Position numbers and translations under genes: made by a program
Notes under the pieces: model-generated
The model's database searches: none
The model's input: the letters and a program-made list of their open reading frames with translations, nothing else
What the model was told of the DNA's origin: nothing
Part shown: positions 39,190 to 52,575 of the stretch, in pieces
How positions within the stretch are numbered: position 1 is the first letter of the stretch
How the letters are laid out: each line of letters starts with the position of its first letter
NCBI GenBank assembly: GCA_013265495.1
Contig: MU058213.1
Location: forward strand, 4,154,001 to 4,218,000
Source of the DNA: Vicugna vicugna
Lineage: Eukaryota
DNA: 64,000 nt
Direction of reading: 5' to 3'

Positions 39190-39770
39190 ATATAAGCATT
39201 TTTCTTCTCTGGTTTAACTAATCCTAATGACTTTAACCACATTTTATTTTTGGTTCATTTTTGTTACTCTGCTCTTAGATCTTCCCTGCCATTTCACATG
39301 TGCATTAAAATGCCAGTGCCCAAACTTGGCAGAATACTTTAAGGGTGTGACTAATTCTAAGTTTAGCAGAAGGATACTTTCCTAGCTCTTGGATGTCATA
39401 GATCTATTAATATTTTTTACTATCATAGTTAGCTTTATGAAAACAGCCACACTATACTGCTGACTCATTCTCAGCTGGTGGTCCCAGGCTACCAAATTCA
39501 TAAAACTAGAAAAAATGTCTAATGTGTTAGATGAAACTAAAAAAGATTCAAAAAGAGCCTGGAATTTTGGAACTCTGGGCCAAAAGATGAAACTTATCAG
39601 GACGAAAGAAAAGTTTTACACTGATGGCAAAAATTGAAAAAACCTACCTGAGTACAAGATAGGAATGATTTCACTTAACAGTTAAACACTGAAACATTTT
39701 AGTTTACTATAAACTTAGTATCAGCAACAATGTGAAACAGCTACCAACAAATTTAATGCATTTTTGAGAG
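39190..39770. mobile_element. CR1/L3 fragments: minus ~39190-39485, plus ~39490-39770
   Basis: Minus strand reads cagctgagaatgagtcagcag...aaagctaac...attaatagatc; plus strand has gattcaaaaagag...tgggcc and cagcaacaatgtg...taatgca, both resembling the CR1 RT 3' region. Confidence 0.55.
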
Positions 39771-40427
39771 GAAAAAAAATTAATGTCTGTCCACAGCTTC
39801 TTCCCTCCCTCCTCCTGCCAAGGAAAGTTCTTTCTTGGAAAGGTCAGTTCCCTAGCCTTTTTAAGAGATTGGTGTCTTGGACAAGAGGGAAAGATCTGAT
39901 TGATCTATTGTGAAAGTTGGGGGGTTGCACAAGAAAAAAGTCAGATGCTGAGGATGAGAGGAGGCACTAAGAAAGGCAAAAGCCAGTAAGTGCTGGCTAG
40001 GAGAGAGAGTTTGGGAAGTTTATAAAACAGAGAAAAGAAAAATAAATTGTTTAAGCTGCTGTGTTGTGGCAAGGGAGGCTTTTTTAGATGAGGAAAGAGG
40101 TTTTAAAGGAAGTACTGTCATGTGTTATGAATATTGTGTCACTTTGTGTAAAATTTAAACACTTTTTCCAATTATTTTTGGATGTCTGAAATGTGTAACT
40201 TTGGATGGAACATTGAGCCAAGAAGCTGCCATAGAATATCTGAACTGTATACAGGTTACCACATCTTATGTCACATCAGCAGAACTTTGGTGGTGACCGT
40301 GGTGAAGATATCAATCATGTCATTTGGCCAGACAACATCTGTATTATTTTTATTGACGTACAGCCAATTTACAATGTTAACATCTGTATTATTATCTTCA
40401 GCCCTGGGTACACATTTTTATAAGGGG

Positions 40428-40812
40428 TACTAATTTGCCAGGGCGGCCGTAACAAAGTACCACAGACTGAGTGACTTAAATAACAGAAATGAATTGTGTC
40501 ACAATTCTGAAGTCCAAGGTCAAGGTGGTGACCAGGTTCTTTTCCTCTGAGGTATTTCTTCTTGGCTTATAGATTGCCATCTTCTCCCAGTGTCTTCACG
40601 TGGCTCTCTTTTTGTGTGTGTCTGTGTCCTAATCTCCTCTTTTTATATGGACACTAGTCTTATTGGATTATCAATAAGACCACCACAGTCACCTCATTTT
40701 AATTTAATTACCTCTTTAAAGACTTTGTCTCCAAATAGTCATATTCTGAGATATTGGGGTTTAGGACTTCAACACATAATTTTGAGGGTATAGAGTTTAG
40801 ACCATAACACAG
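40428..40812 (-). mobile_element. MaLR LTR (MLT1B/C-like)
   Basis: gccagggcggccgtaacaaagtaccacagactg...atattctgagatattggggtttaggacttcaacac...accataaca. Confidence 0.85.
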
Positions 40813-42159
40813 GGCTACTGACAAATTGAAACTTTACTCTCATTTTTAGATCCCTTTAAATTTTATCACTGGTCTTTTGGGACTCCTACCCAAATTCTTG
40901 TAATCTGTAAACAACAAGTTTTCAAGTTTTCCACTGAATTATTCATGTATGTTATTTCTATCCCACTCAAAAGTATTTAGAGTCCAGTCGTGTATTAGGA
41001 ATGTGCAAAAGTATAATTTAATTTGATCCTTTGGAGATGAAATATATATACACATGAAGAGAAACAATTTCCTTCTTTGCAAAATGAAGCAAGTGGACTA
41101 GATCATCTGTATGGTCTCCTCTAGTCCAAATTTGAATAGACAAACTAAAATACCTTGACAGAAAGTCCTTTAAGTCTTACTGTGAACCTCGAGTTAGGCT
41201 TTAAGAACCATAATAACTCATACTGGTGGCAATTCAGGCTCCCAGTTTCATATTGTTTCTATAACTAGTATCCTCTTTCATATATGCTTCAAAACTGACC
41301 CAGGAGTGTTGACCGTGTACACTCATGCCCTGTTGTACATTTTGTATCTCTTCACTGTTATTGGAAAAATACATATTTTCCATTTTCTTTCTTTATATTT
41401 TATTTTATAGTTTGTTGCAGAAATAGAAACATTTAATCAGCTAGCTGTCCATATATTTAGGCAGAGAAGAATAGATAGTAAACTTCTGCAGTACATGGAT
41501 AAATATCTCAGTCTGACAGTATTTTATACATTATATTTATTCATATTTTCCCAAGCTCATGTGGAAATCTATTCATATACTTCTTAACAGGCCCGGATTA
41601 CACAGCAGATCTGCCAATCCCTAAAATTAGTTTTTTAAAATACCTTGTACAAGTCAGAAAATATGGTTCATCTCTTTGAAGGTTGAAGACAGGCTAATAT
41701 TTTACTTTCCTTTAAAAAAAAAAAGATAAGCACCAACTATCAGGCAAAAGTTTTGAAAATATAGCAGTAATACTGGGAAGCTGCTTTCTACAGTGAATTA
41801 TTGCACTTTGAAAGACTTTCATATAGTACCAAGGCTCATTTCTGACATCAAGTTAAAATCACTTTAGCATTAATAATTTTTAAATAAACCATTTTCTAAG
41901 GGTGGAAGAGAGCCATATTGGATTTTATCTGGTTATTAAATTTTAAAAGGGCCTTGTATCAAGAAAGTGGACATTGTGCTCAGCATTATTAACATATTCT
42001 ATTTTTAAAAATGACATTGTTATTCATACGAAAACAGATGTTGGTCTAGATAAAGTTAAATGCCTCCACAGGTCTCAGACATGTATACGTGAAATTATAA
42101 AAATTAATTATAGTTCAAGCAAGGACCTGACTGCTCTTCTGCTATAAAGGAAGTATTTG

Positions 42160-42888
42160 ATTTATCTACTGTTGCAAAGCAAACTGTCTCAAAATTTAAT
42201 GGCTTAAACTAAGGCTTAGCAAACTTTTTCTGTAAAGGGCTCAATCGTATATATTATTAGACCCCACAGGCCATAAAAATCTCTGTCACAACTACTCAAT
42301 TCTGCTGCTGCAGCACAAAAGCAGACATAGACAATATGTAAACAAAGGGGTGTGCCAATGTTCCATTATAACTTAATTTATAAAAAGAGGCAGGGAGCCA
42401 GATTTGGCCCCCTGGCTAGAATCTGTTATCTCTTGGTTTATTAAAGGCTCATAATTCAATGGGTTGATATTTTGGGTAGGGCTCTCTGGCGATGATTTGC
42501 CTCTGCTCTCCATGGTTGGTTGGGTTGATGCATATGTTTGTAGTCAGTTGGCAAGTTGACTCGGGGGCAGAATGGACCTGACTGGTCTCACTCATATGTC
42601 TTGCCAGTTGAATGAGGCTGTTGGCAGAGGGCCTCAGTTTGCCTCCACTTGGCCTCTGTAGTAGGCTAGCTTGGGATTTCTCACATGACAGCTGGATTCC
42701 AGAGGGAGTGAAAGTAGAAGCTTCAAGTCCTTTTTTGAGGCCTTAGCTAGGAAGTCACACAGTGTCATTTCACTATATTCTATTGGTCAAAGTCCCAAGA
42801 CTGGCCAGATTCAAGGTGTTGGGAAATAGACTCTATCTCTTGATGGGAAGAGCTGTGAAGAATTAGCGACCATTTAAAATTCACTACA
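42160..42888 (-). mobile_element. MaLR LTR (MLT1F/G-like) with nested MER58A-like MITE
   Basis: LTR pieces at ~42160-42210 and ~42440-42888 (cactatattctattggtcaaag...gattcaagg). Confidence 0.65.
42211..42435. mobile_element. MER58A-like hAT-Charlie MITE
   Basis: gcaaactttttctgtaaaggg...ctctgtcacaactactcaattctgc...gccagatttggcc. Confidence 0.85.
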
Positions 42889-43399
42889 GGGAATAAATTC
42901 TGTCAAGTAGAAGAAATATAATGTTGCACATGTGAAACTTATATAGTGTTATAAACCAATGCTACCTAAATAAAAAAAAATTAATTAAAAAAAAGAAAGA
43001 AAAATAATGCTGTCAGTTCCTGTCAGACTTTATCAGCAACTTTTTTACTTTGAAAAACTTGTCAAAAATCTCATGGTTATGGCCACAATTTTCACTGTAG
43101 ATTATATAGCCACAACTTAAGCAAGAAATAAAAGTAACCAAAATTTCCATTCAAAATATTTTTAAATTTTTGTCAAAAGGAAACAGCTACGAAAGTGAAA
43201 AAGATCTTTTTAAATCATTTTTATGATTTATTAAATTAAATCATTTTTATTTTTAACCGAGTACTTGATCAAGAGGTCATTTGAAAAGGAGATAGTGAGG
43301 GAGAATGTGGAAGTTAGCAAACAGGTATGGTTAGAACTTTGATCCTTGGAGGTGAAGAGATTTGTTTTTGGAGTGACTCATTTTGTTTTCAGAGACTCC

Positions 43400-44780
43400 C
43401 TCAGTGGGCCTTTGGTTACATTTGATTAAGGTGGTGTCTGCCAAGCTTCTCCTCCATAAAAATCATACTTTTTTACTTTCTAATTAATAAGCATTTTGTT
43501 AAGAATTTCTTTATCCCATTCTTCATCAAATTTCACCACCTAGTTTTAGCATTCATTGGTTTTCTTTGCTGAATTGATCACGATGAAGCTTGTCAAGCAG
43601 TGATTTTCTAAAACTGCAAAATTCCTTCCACATTTACTAGTTATAAGAAAAAATTTTCTCCTTTCTACATTTATTTAGTTATATCAATATGAGTTCATGA
43701 ATTCTTATTTTATTCAGTTTTATAATCTATGTTATTGTTACTTATTTTGACAACAAAATTATGCCAGATTGGCCAGTGGGAGCCGTTGGAGGCTGGCTTT
43801 TCTGTTCTCTTAACAGCCTCATCATTCTTTGAGAGCTTCCATACTTTCTGACACAAGATGTTCCAGGCTCATCTTGAACTTTCCCTGCTTCAACTTTGCC
43901 TTCTTCCTTTGAATGGAGAATGGAATTTAGAAACCAAGACCTGGACGCCAGATGTCCTCATAGCTATCGGGATATTGCTGTTTCCAGACTCCCATGGTGG
44001 AAAGAGCTAAGGGATGTCTGTATATACATATGCATGTATACATACATTTACAACTCTATCTTCCTACCTACCTATCTATCCATCTATCTATCTATACATC
44101 TACCCACCCACCTATTCAAATCCATGAGTTCACTGATACTGCCAATCCAAAACACAGGGTTCATTCTAGTTTTCTCATTTACATTTACCTTCTCCAACAG
44201 TGAGAGTCTGGGCAACTGTTACCCTCAATACATTTAGATGTTTGTCCAATACCCTTGCAGGTAACTATTTTCCCACTGTTGCTGCCGCCCCTCCCTGTGA
44301 ACACTCTCCTCATTCCACTCTGACACCTGTTCCACGCTGCCGCTGCCACATGGATGCCCTCCCCATGCTGCTCAGTCTCCAACAATGTGGGCCAGCCCAC
44401 CACGCACACTGCTCAGCCCTCAGCCCCTCGCTGCCCACACAGAGCTTTGGGCTAAATCTTGAAGGAAGAAAACGAGTGCAGTTTCTCGATTTTTTTTTCT
44501 CTCTACTACATGGAATAAGGCCTATATAAAATGTATTTGCATAACTGCAATGCAAAGCTTCAAAAACCCGTTTTTGTGTGCCTAACCCTACAATAAATAA
44601 GTATTATCACAACACATGCATTTCAGTGACACAGTTGTTACACTATTACTGTCACTGGTTAATCTACATCATTCTTTTTAACAGTTCTGTTGTTTGGATG
44701 TTGTAGTTTTCCACTTCCCAATAAATAATCTGCCAGTGTAAGTATCTTCATATTTCTTATCTCTTTATACTAGACATGTT
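43400..44780 (-). mobile_element. L1MC4-like 3' region
   Basis: gccagattggccagtgggagcc...acaagatgttccaggctcatcttg...ggaatttagaaaccaagacctgg. Confidence 0.75.
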
Positions 44781-44945
44781 AATCAACAGTTCTTGCCATG
44801 CCCACAGCCCTCTTGAAAAAGCAGCCTATTAAACTCTGTTCAGTATCACATAATTACAATCCTTATAGGAATGAAAGCTGATTGTACACTGACCCACAGG
44901 CCATCCACCTTTAATTTGATTAGAATAGCATTCTACCTATAACAG

Positions 44946-45380
44946 ATGCTGTTGGTCCCCTGCCTATATCCCCTCCACACTCCCCGATGCAGTTCACGCT
45001 GACAGCATCCTTCTACAAGCACCTGCCACTTTCTCCCCAAGGAATAGGGCAGGCTGGATGTACATGGACATTAATGTCCAGAATCAGCCCTCAGCCAATG
45101 ACTGGTGGGCGCTGGAGGACAAATACCCAACTTCTTTCCTCTCAACTGGGATAACTCTGAGGAATGTTCGATACTGTCCCTCAGAGTTCCTCCTTGGGAC
45201 TGAAATCCACTTACCCATAGCAGTATTTTGCTCAGTAGTGAATCCTTTATTGGCTTCCTTCTCTTCCTCATCTCAATTCCCTGCTCCCCTAAGAATGATT
45301 CCGGAACCACCTCCAAAGTTAACTACCAGCTCTCAAACCCTTGCCTCGAAGTCAAGGTCTGTGAGAGCCCAACCTAAGAA
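44946..45380 (+). mobile_element. ERVL LTR (LTR16-like)
   Basis: cagccctcagccaatgactgg...ctcaactgggataactctgagg...caaacccttgcctc...cccaacctaaga. Confidence 0.7.
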
Positions 45381-46129
45381 AATGCTCAAATGCCACAATA
45401 GTTATTAATAGAGCCAAATAGAGCTTTCTCAGGTATGTACATTGGAAGTATACACTTTAAAGAAAATAAATTGTTTTTAGTTGGACAGAGGGAAAGAGAT
45501 GTGTAAACACTGTTTGAATGACATAAAAGTGGAACACAGAGAGAAGATAAAAAAATCTCTGCCCAGAAGCATTGCCCTTTAGATTTGAAATCACCCTCTG
45601 GTTCTAACCTGCATTGGATCATGCCCTGGTACAGCTGCTCTTGGATTTCCATGAGCTTCTTTCACTCTGTAACTTTAGATGTGCCCTAAGTACAGTGAAC
45701 ACTAGCACTCCCACTCCCATTTACCTGAGTTTATGCTGAGTCTCTGTTCCTTGACACTAAACTACAACATGAGAGGTATTGACTTTGATTTATATTTTGC
45801 TTCACATATTGCAACTAAAATAAAGCCTTGCGTAAAGTAGGCACTCAGTTAATATTTGTCTAATGAACAAATGAGAGGAGTATTTAAGAGGTATATATGG
45901 ATGTGCCTAGTCTCAGAACTACTCTCTAAGTCTCAGCTATGAAAAGCAACAACAATTTCTTCCCCCTCGCCCCAGGAGCAAACACTTGAACCTATAACTG
46001 GAAAAACCAATTATTTTGCACGCTTAGCATTCCTTTCTGTCCTTTTCTGGCAAATGTCCCCTCTTCACCACACGCCCCATACTTTCCTTCCCTATTTCCC
46101 CTTTGCCACATACACTTCCCTTAGTCAAC

Positions 46130-46615
46130 TACCTGTTCCCCAATTCATGAAGTTCTGTCCCTGCCTCCAAGAAGGCATATACTCCACAACTGGTCAGTCA
46201 TTATCCCCTGAACTCTGGAGGGTTTGCATATGACCTAAGCCATATCAAACTTCTACCCTCGGATTTTATAAATGTTCTATGGAGAGAGAACTTCTTCTCA
46301 CCTCCTGAGTTTGCCAAGCTGTCGTAATAAAAGCTTGAATTTGTTTATGCCTACCCTGGACACCCCATTCCCACTAATCCATATAAGAAGGAAAGTCCAT
46401 CTTCAGTAGGAGTGGTTGAGAGGAACACACAGCAAAATACAACTGAGAGAGAGAGGTGGGGAGAAAGAGGGAGAGAAAGATCTAGCAAGAGTTTTCTGAG
46501 TCTCCAGAGTCCTATAAGCCAGCTTCGCCTTGAATTTCTCTTTCATAAGAGCCAATAAATTCTCCTTTACCTTTTCAGTTATCTTGAGATGGGTTTTTAT
46601 CACTTGCAACCAAAT
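46130..46615 (+). mobile_element. MaLR LTR (MLT1J/K-like)
   Basis: Ends gagccaataaattctcc...tgagatgggtttttatcacttgcaacc. Confidence 0.65.
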
Positions 46616-47049
46616 AAATTATATATATATAACATGAATCTTATACATATATATATATAAACTAACTCTGATGGTAATACATTTTAAAGTTTAAATTCCT
46701 CTCCCGAAGACACTCCACCAGCACCTTAGTCCTTAGTACATGATAGAGCATAAAAAGAAGTCTGCGATTCTGTGTCTCTCGTTGCATTGTATCCTAGATA
46801 TCTGGGAGTCTGCAGCAGGAATCACTGTGCACCAGGGGATTCTTTAACAGAGATTAGTGTGTATCCAGTGGAAGGGGATTACAGAAGGTAAAAAGAAGAT
46901 TCTTATGTAATACATGAAAGGAAGATTATTGGAGGAATGTTAGTACTTCATTGTAGGGGTTAGATGGAATGGAAAGCTATTTTTTTCCTAACAAAAAGGG
47001 AAATTTAGCCAAGTGTGAAAGATGATTTGTCCCAAAGCCTTTAATAAAT

Positions 47050-47650
47050 ATGCCTGAGTAAATCAAAACAATATAAGTCTCTTCTGGCCAGTTCCACTTA
47101 GATATCTCCAAAGGAACTTAAATTAATCTGAAATTGAGACCATATCTGCCAAAACTGGCCCTCTTTTAATACCCCTTATCATTACAATGTCACTACCATT
47201 TATCTGATTTATGTGTAAGCCAGAAACCTTGGGGTTATCTTTAATAATTTCTTTGCCTTCACTTCCATATCCAATTAATCACCATGTTGTATTTCTTTTA
47301 TCTTCTAAATAAATGCCTCTTGAATCTCTCTGCTTATTCCCAGCTCTGCTGCCACTTCCTCTGTCTGAGCCATCATCATACTGGACTACTATTCTAACCT
47401 GCTAATAGTCTTCCCTGTGTGTATTCTTGCTCCCCTCAATCCTTTCCAATCCATTTTCCACTCTGAAGGCCATCTGTGTGTGTGTGTATGTGTGTGTGTG
47501 TGTATTTGTGTGTGTGTGTATTTGTGTGTGTGTGTATTTGTGTGTGTGTGTGAATGCAGATCTGTTTATGTTACTTCCTCTATTCTTATCCATCTTAAAA
47601 ATCTCCAAAAGTCCACTGGACATCTGAAAATTCCTGTCCAGAAAATTTCC
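47050..47650 (+). mobile_element. L2 fragment
   Basis: gccagaaaccttggggttatc...catatccaattaatcacc...ccaatccattttccac. Confidence 0.7.
47475..47552. repeat. Interrupted (TG)n microsatellite
   Basis: tgtgtg tract with periodic tatt interruptions. Confidence 0.95.
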
Positions 47651-47689
47651 ACCCTCCTTAAGGTAATACCACTCTATATTTCTATTAGA

Positions 47690-48170
47690 AAATGACCCCT
47701 CCCCTGTGTAGTTTGGGATTCCCCCCACCTCCAGCTCCAGGGTTATGGATGCTGTAACTGGCATACTCTCCCGTAGCCACAGAGATTGTTTTATGGAAGG
47801 GAACTTAACCCATACCTAAACCAATTAAAGTATTGCATTCCCTTAGCCAAAGGACTTGGCTGAAGGTGGGCATGTGATTTAAGTAAATGCAGTCAGGGAC
47901 ATGGTCTGGTTCTTGTGACCATGGTGGGAACCAAACCGAAGATTAAGCTAGCATAAGGATGCCAGCAGAGTCATGGGATCCCAGAGAGTGAGAGCTAGGG
48001 AATGAAGACATCACCCTCAGGTGGGTGGGGCAGAGGGGCAGGCGGCCTGAATTCTGAACTTCACTATTACATAGGCCAACGACTCTCTCTTTTTTTTTTT
48101 TCTTTTTTGGCTTAAGGCATGTTGAACTGGATTTTTCATTACATGCAGCTGAAAGATTCTTAGCTAATAT
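47690..48170 (+). mobile_element. MaLR LTR (MLT1 group, old)
   Basis: Ends actggatttttcattacatgcagctgaaagattcttagctaata. Confidence 0.55.
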
Positions 48171-49559
48171 CCATCCAAGCTAATGTACCACTGCACATGC
48201 AACAAAGGCAAAAGCCCTTAATATAACTTGAAGCATATTTGCATTTGCTCCCTGGGTTCAAGCCACAGAGGCCAAATTTAACCCCTGTTCATACCATTCC
48301 CTCTTCCTGAAAGCCTTCTGGCCTCCCACACACCAAACATTATGCTTCTTATCCACCATATTCTTTAATTCTCAATTCACATCCCTTCCCTGAGTCCTCA
48401 AACAGACCAAATTCTTGTTATTCACTCACAAAGCACAATGTGCATTTAGTTTTGTAACTTATAAGAACAGAAATTATACATTTACCTGTGAGATTCTATC
48501 ATAAAAGTCTGTCTCTCTCACTTAACCGTAAGCCACATCTGAGAAACTGTCTCTTTTCGCTCACTAATTAAAATAGTAACAGTAAAATAGTAACAGCACA
48601 TAGTAAGTGCTTTATTATTTTTGTTGCTGAGTGAACTAATCAATTAAGAAATCAATGAGAAGACATACTCTTAGCATAATAAGTTTCATTTAACATGACA
48701 CTTTATGAAATAACAGCTTGAATTGCATTTGAAAAGAAGCACAGAGTCACAGTGCCTATCACTGGTTCAATTACCAACCGAAAATAGGTTAATAAAATTT
48801 ATTTTTAAGCCACGGTGGGAGGAATTTTGCTGGTCATATTCCAGCAATTTATAAAAATGAGAAATTTTAAAAGCATATACATTAGGACACATACTGTTTT
48901 ATCTAAGGAGTAAATAGCTGAGTTAACATCCTTGTAGGGTAAAAGGCTGAAGGACAAATTTGTTCTTAATGTAAATCAACCGAAGGGGGCAGAATATGAC
49001 CAATGTATTGATTTAGAAGTAGATGGAATAATATGGGGGAAGGCAAGATTTCTGGCAAAGATTCTCCTCTAGTTTAAAGCTGCAACAAAGAAATTGACAA
49101 ATGTTTGCAATTCCATTTCAATGTTGGATCAAATCTCAACACAGACTTTCTGGAAAAAGAATTTGGAATGATTTTGTTATACTACAAATTGCACAGTCCT
49201 TCATTGTGATCAAAAGACAATTTTAGATGAATTTCAGCTTAATAGGTCTTATTTCTGCATCAATTTTTCTTTCCTGGTGTTCCATCCTCACACCAGAGAA
49301 ACAATATCACCCATAGGCCACAGATTGCTGACCTTGTCTTATCTCACAATATAAACCCTTAAAAGGGCCTTTGTATATTGCCCACATGTTTTACATTTTG
49401 TTACCTTCATGAAATAGTAATCAAAGCCAAACATGTGACTCAGATCCCTCAGAGAAGTTGGTTTTGTTCATAAAATCAGGTTAGCCACTGAAAAAGGTAA
49501 GGTAATAGTTAAGCATTAGGAGAATTTGGAAAGGATAGTAGAGGAGGTGTGTGAGGAAG

Positions 49560-49990
49560 GTAAATATTTCCTCCCATTCTTTGAGTTGTCTTTTCATTTT
49601 CTTGTTAGTGTCTTATGAAACAGAAAATTTTAACTTTGATAAAGTCCAGTTTTTCTTGTTTCCTTTAGTTGCTCATGCCAAGAAACCACTGTCTGATCCA
49701 AGGTCACAAAGATTCATATCTAAGTTTCTTTCTAAAAGTTCGACACTTTAAACTCTTACAATTTAGGTCTTTGATTCATTCTGAGTTAATATTTGTATGT
49801 GGTGTAAGGTAGGGGTACAACTTCATTCTTTTGTAAATGGATATCCAGTTCTCTTAGCACCATTTCTTTAAAAAGACTGTTCGCACTGCTGTTAACTTGT
49901 CTTGGCACCCTTGTTGAAAATCAATTGTCCATGAATGTATTGGCTTATTTCTGAACTCTAAATTCTGCATATCCATCTTCATGCCAGTCA
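49560..49990 (-). mobile_element. L1 (L1MB-like) ORF2 fragment
   Basis: gatccaaggtcacaaagatt...tttaggtctttgattcattctgagttaat...cttggcacccttgttgaaaatcaattg. Confidence 0.85.
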
Positions 49991-50139
49991 AAAATTATTT
50001 TTCCTAACCACAATGTCTATTTTTCCAGTATGGTGAATAACATATTCTCTTATTCATGCAATCATTTACCAAATATTTTCTAAGCATTTTTTATATGTCA
50101 GGCACTATGTGGATGCTTAGAAGGTAAGGGAAAATACTG

Positions 50140-51890
50140 TCATTTAGGTTAGGTCTGGGTACAGGTAAGTCTCTTTGGATATATTTCCTCCAATACAGCA
50201 TCCTGGGAATAGTTCCTTTTGATCTGCAGATCTATGAACTAAAGAGGCAAAATATCTCTTCTGCACGTTCCCAACACACAGTGACGGGATAGGCACAAAA
50301 TAACAGCAATAGACACTGCCATTAAAAGGGGAGAGGGGAGTGAAGCACACAGGAGTCGCTGGTCCACAGCGATACTAAAATTTAGCTGGACATATGTTGC
50401 CAGTTCCTTGTTTAGAGGGCGGTCCTATTGTCTGGGAGCGATTCGACATGGATCTTAGCTCTACTCTCTGTATTCTTAACCTCTTCATTTTTCATAAAAT
50501 ACCCTACATTAGCAGCTGAGTAGTCTTCTCAGCCAGCTTCTGCCTACAGCAATTTGGGGATCCAAAGACCTATTTTCATTGTGTATTAACTCTGTATCTT
50601 TCAGTCAAAAAATGACAGAATTCTTTTAAAATCTTTGTGGATTTTTTATGAATCAATTTATTATCCACTCGAATTTTTAAAAAATCTATACCCAAAGGTC
50701 TTTTTGAGACAAGCCCTTCTCTTACTTTGGTCTTCCTATTAGGCTGCTGAGGGACAACACCTATAAGATTCTGAGAAGTCTTTTTTAAATAGAAACACCT
50801 TTAAGATCCTTCGAGTATTTTCTGCCTGACTAAATTTTCTCTGAGGAACCACTTCATATTTTCCTAAGATCGTAACAACGGATCTTACAGTTCTTCTCTG
50901 AATTTTATCTTTGCTACAAAGCTTTTCCTTAATTGAAAGTCTTGGAGAGCCTGGAAGTGATCGTTTTATTTTCAAATTCAGTTCTTTATTCAGCTTTTTC
51001 TTTCTTTTCAAATTTTACTGTAAGCAAGAAGCAGCAGCCAGGTGGCATCGGTAACATTCTTCCAGAGAATCTCAGCTAGATCACCCAGCTCATTGGGTAT
51101 ACTTTCTAGTTTCTGCTTTATCACAGGTTATGGTGCTGCTAAACATTCTGTTACTACAGAACAAGGATCCTCCTTCTCCACCTTCCAATAACATTTTCCT
51201 TACTTTCTTTAAGTCCTCTCTGAAAGCCCTCTTGAGGACCATCAGACTATGCCTCCAGTCTCTTCAAGGCCCTTTCACCTTCCATCTACTGCCCCAAAGT
51301 CCCAAAGCCTCTGCCACATTTTATGGTTTTGTTATAGCAACACCCTACTCCCAGGTACTAGAACCAGTTTCTGTTGCTATGGTGTGATATAAATTACTCC
51401 CAAACTTGATGACTTAGGCAACTGTTTCTTATGCTAATAGATTCAGTGGGTCAGGAATCTGTGGGAGTACTTTGTTTCTGCTTTATAATGTTTGTGAGAT
51501 GGAAGACTTGAAGGCTGGGGACTGGAATCATCTAAAGTCTCACGACTCACATGTCTGGCAGTTGGTATAAACTATTCACTGGGAACCTCAGTCCCTCTCT
51601 GTGTGGTCTCTCTGAATGGGCTCATTTCAGCTTCCTCATAGCATGGTGTCTGGATTCTAAAGGAGAGTGTCCTGGAGAAGAGTGAGCTGGATGATAGTCG
51701 AATTGCTTGTCACAACCTAAACTTGGATATCATACAGTGTTATTTCTGCCTTATTCTACTAGTCAAGACACTTGCAAGGTCCTCCCAAGTTCAAAGACTC
51801 CTCTTCTTGATGGAGGAGTGGCAATTTGAGAAGAAATATGAAGTATATATGGGACCAGAAATAATTCTGTGGCCATTTTGAAAAAAACAG
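50140..51890 (-). mobile_element. MaLR internal region (~50140-51362) joined to an MLT1-type LTR (~51365-51890)
   Basis: gggataggcacaaaataacagcaatagacactgccatt; gccacattttatggttttgttatagcaacaccctactcccaggtac (internal/LTR junction). Confidence 0.7.
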
Positions 51891-51959
51891 GAAAAACCTA
51901 GAAAGGTACTTCTTCTATAGATCACTTGCATAAGAATTCCATCTCAGGCTCTGTTTCAA

Positions 51960-52575
51960 CTGCATTAATCTCAAGGGCTGCTGTAACCAAGTACCATAAA
52001 GTTGGTGACTTAAGCAAGACAAATTTATTATTTCACAGTTATGAAGGCTAGAAAGCCAAAATTAAGGTATTGATAGGGTTGGTTCCTTCTAAAGGCTACA
52101 AAGAAGAATTTGTTCCATGCCTTTCCCCCAGCTTCTGCAGGTTTGCTGGTGATTTTTAGTAATCCTTGGCTTGTTGAAACATCACTTCAATTTCTGCCTT
52201 CATCTTCATATGGCATTCTCCCTGTGTGCATGTATCTGTGTCCAAATTGCCCCTTTTTATAAAGATACCAGTTGTATTAGATTAGGACCCCCTCTAATGA
52301 TGTCATCTTTTTTTAATTTTTTTAATTTTTAATTTTCTTTGAGTTTTTTAAAAATTGAAGTACAGTCAGTTACAATGTATCCATTTCTAGTGTACAGCAC
52401 AATGTCCCAGCCATGTATATACATACATATGTTCGTTTTCATATTAATGGTGTCATCTTAACTAGCTACATCAGCAATGACCCTGTTTCCAAATAAAGTC
52501 ATATTCTGAGGTACTAGGCCTAGGACTTCAAGACACAAATTTGGTGGGGGGAAGACACAACTAAATCCATAACAC
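51960..52575 (-). mobile_element. MaLR LTR (MLT1C-like) interrupted by a short L1 tail
   Basis: agggctgctgtaaccaagtacc...ccaaataaagtcatattctgaggtactagg...ccataaca. Confidence 0.85.
52310..52444 (-). mobile_element. Very short L1 3' tail with TSD
   Basis: Reverse complement resembles the L1 3' end at ~59570-59668; TSD taatgatgtcatctt (52295-52309) / taatggtgtcatctt (52445-52459). Confidence 0.85.

Noticed and set aside
47402..47764. ORFs rich in CV or HT repeats
   Set aside because: Translations of the (TG)n microsatellite
48569..48596. Perfect 14-bp tandem duplication taaaatagtaacag x2; similar small duplications at 16395-16432 and ~36958-36981
   Set aside because: Ordinary slippage-type microduplications with no sign of function
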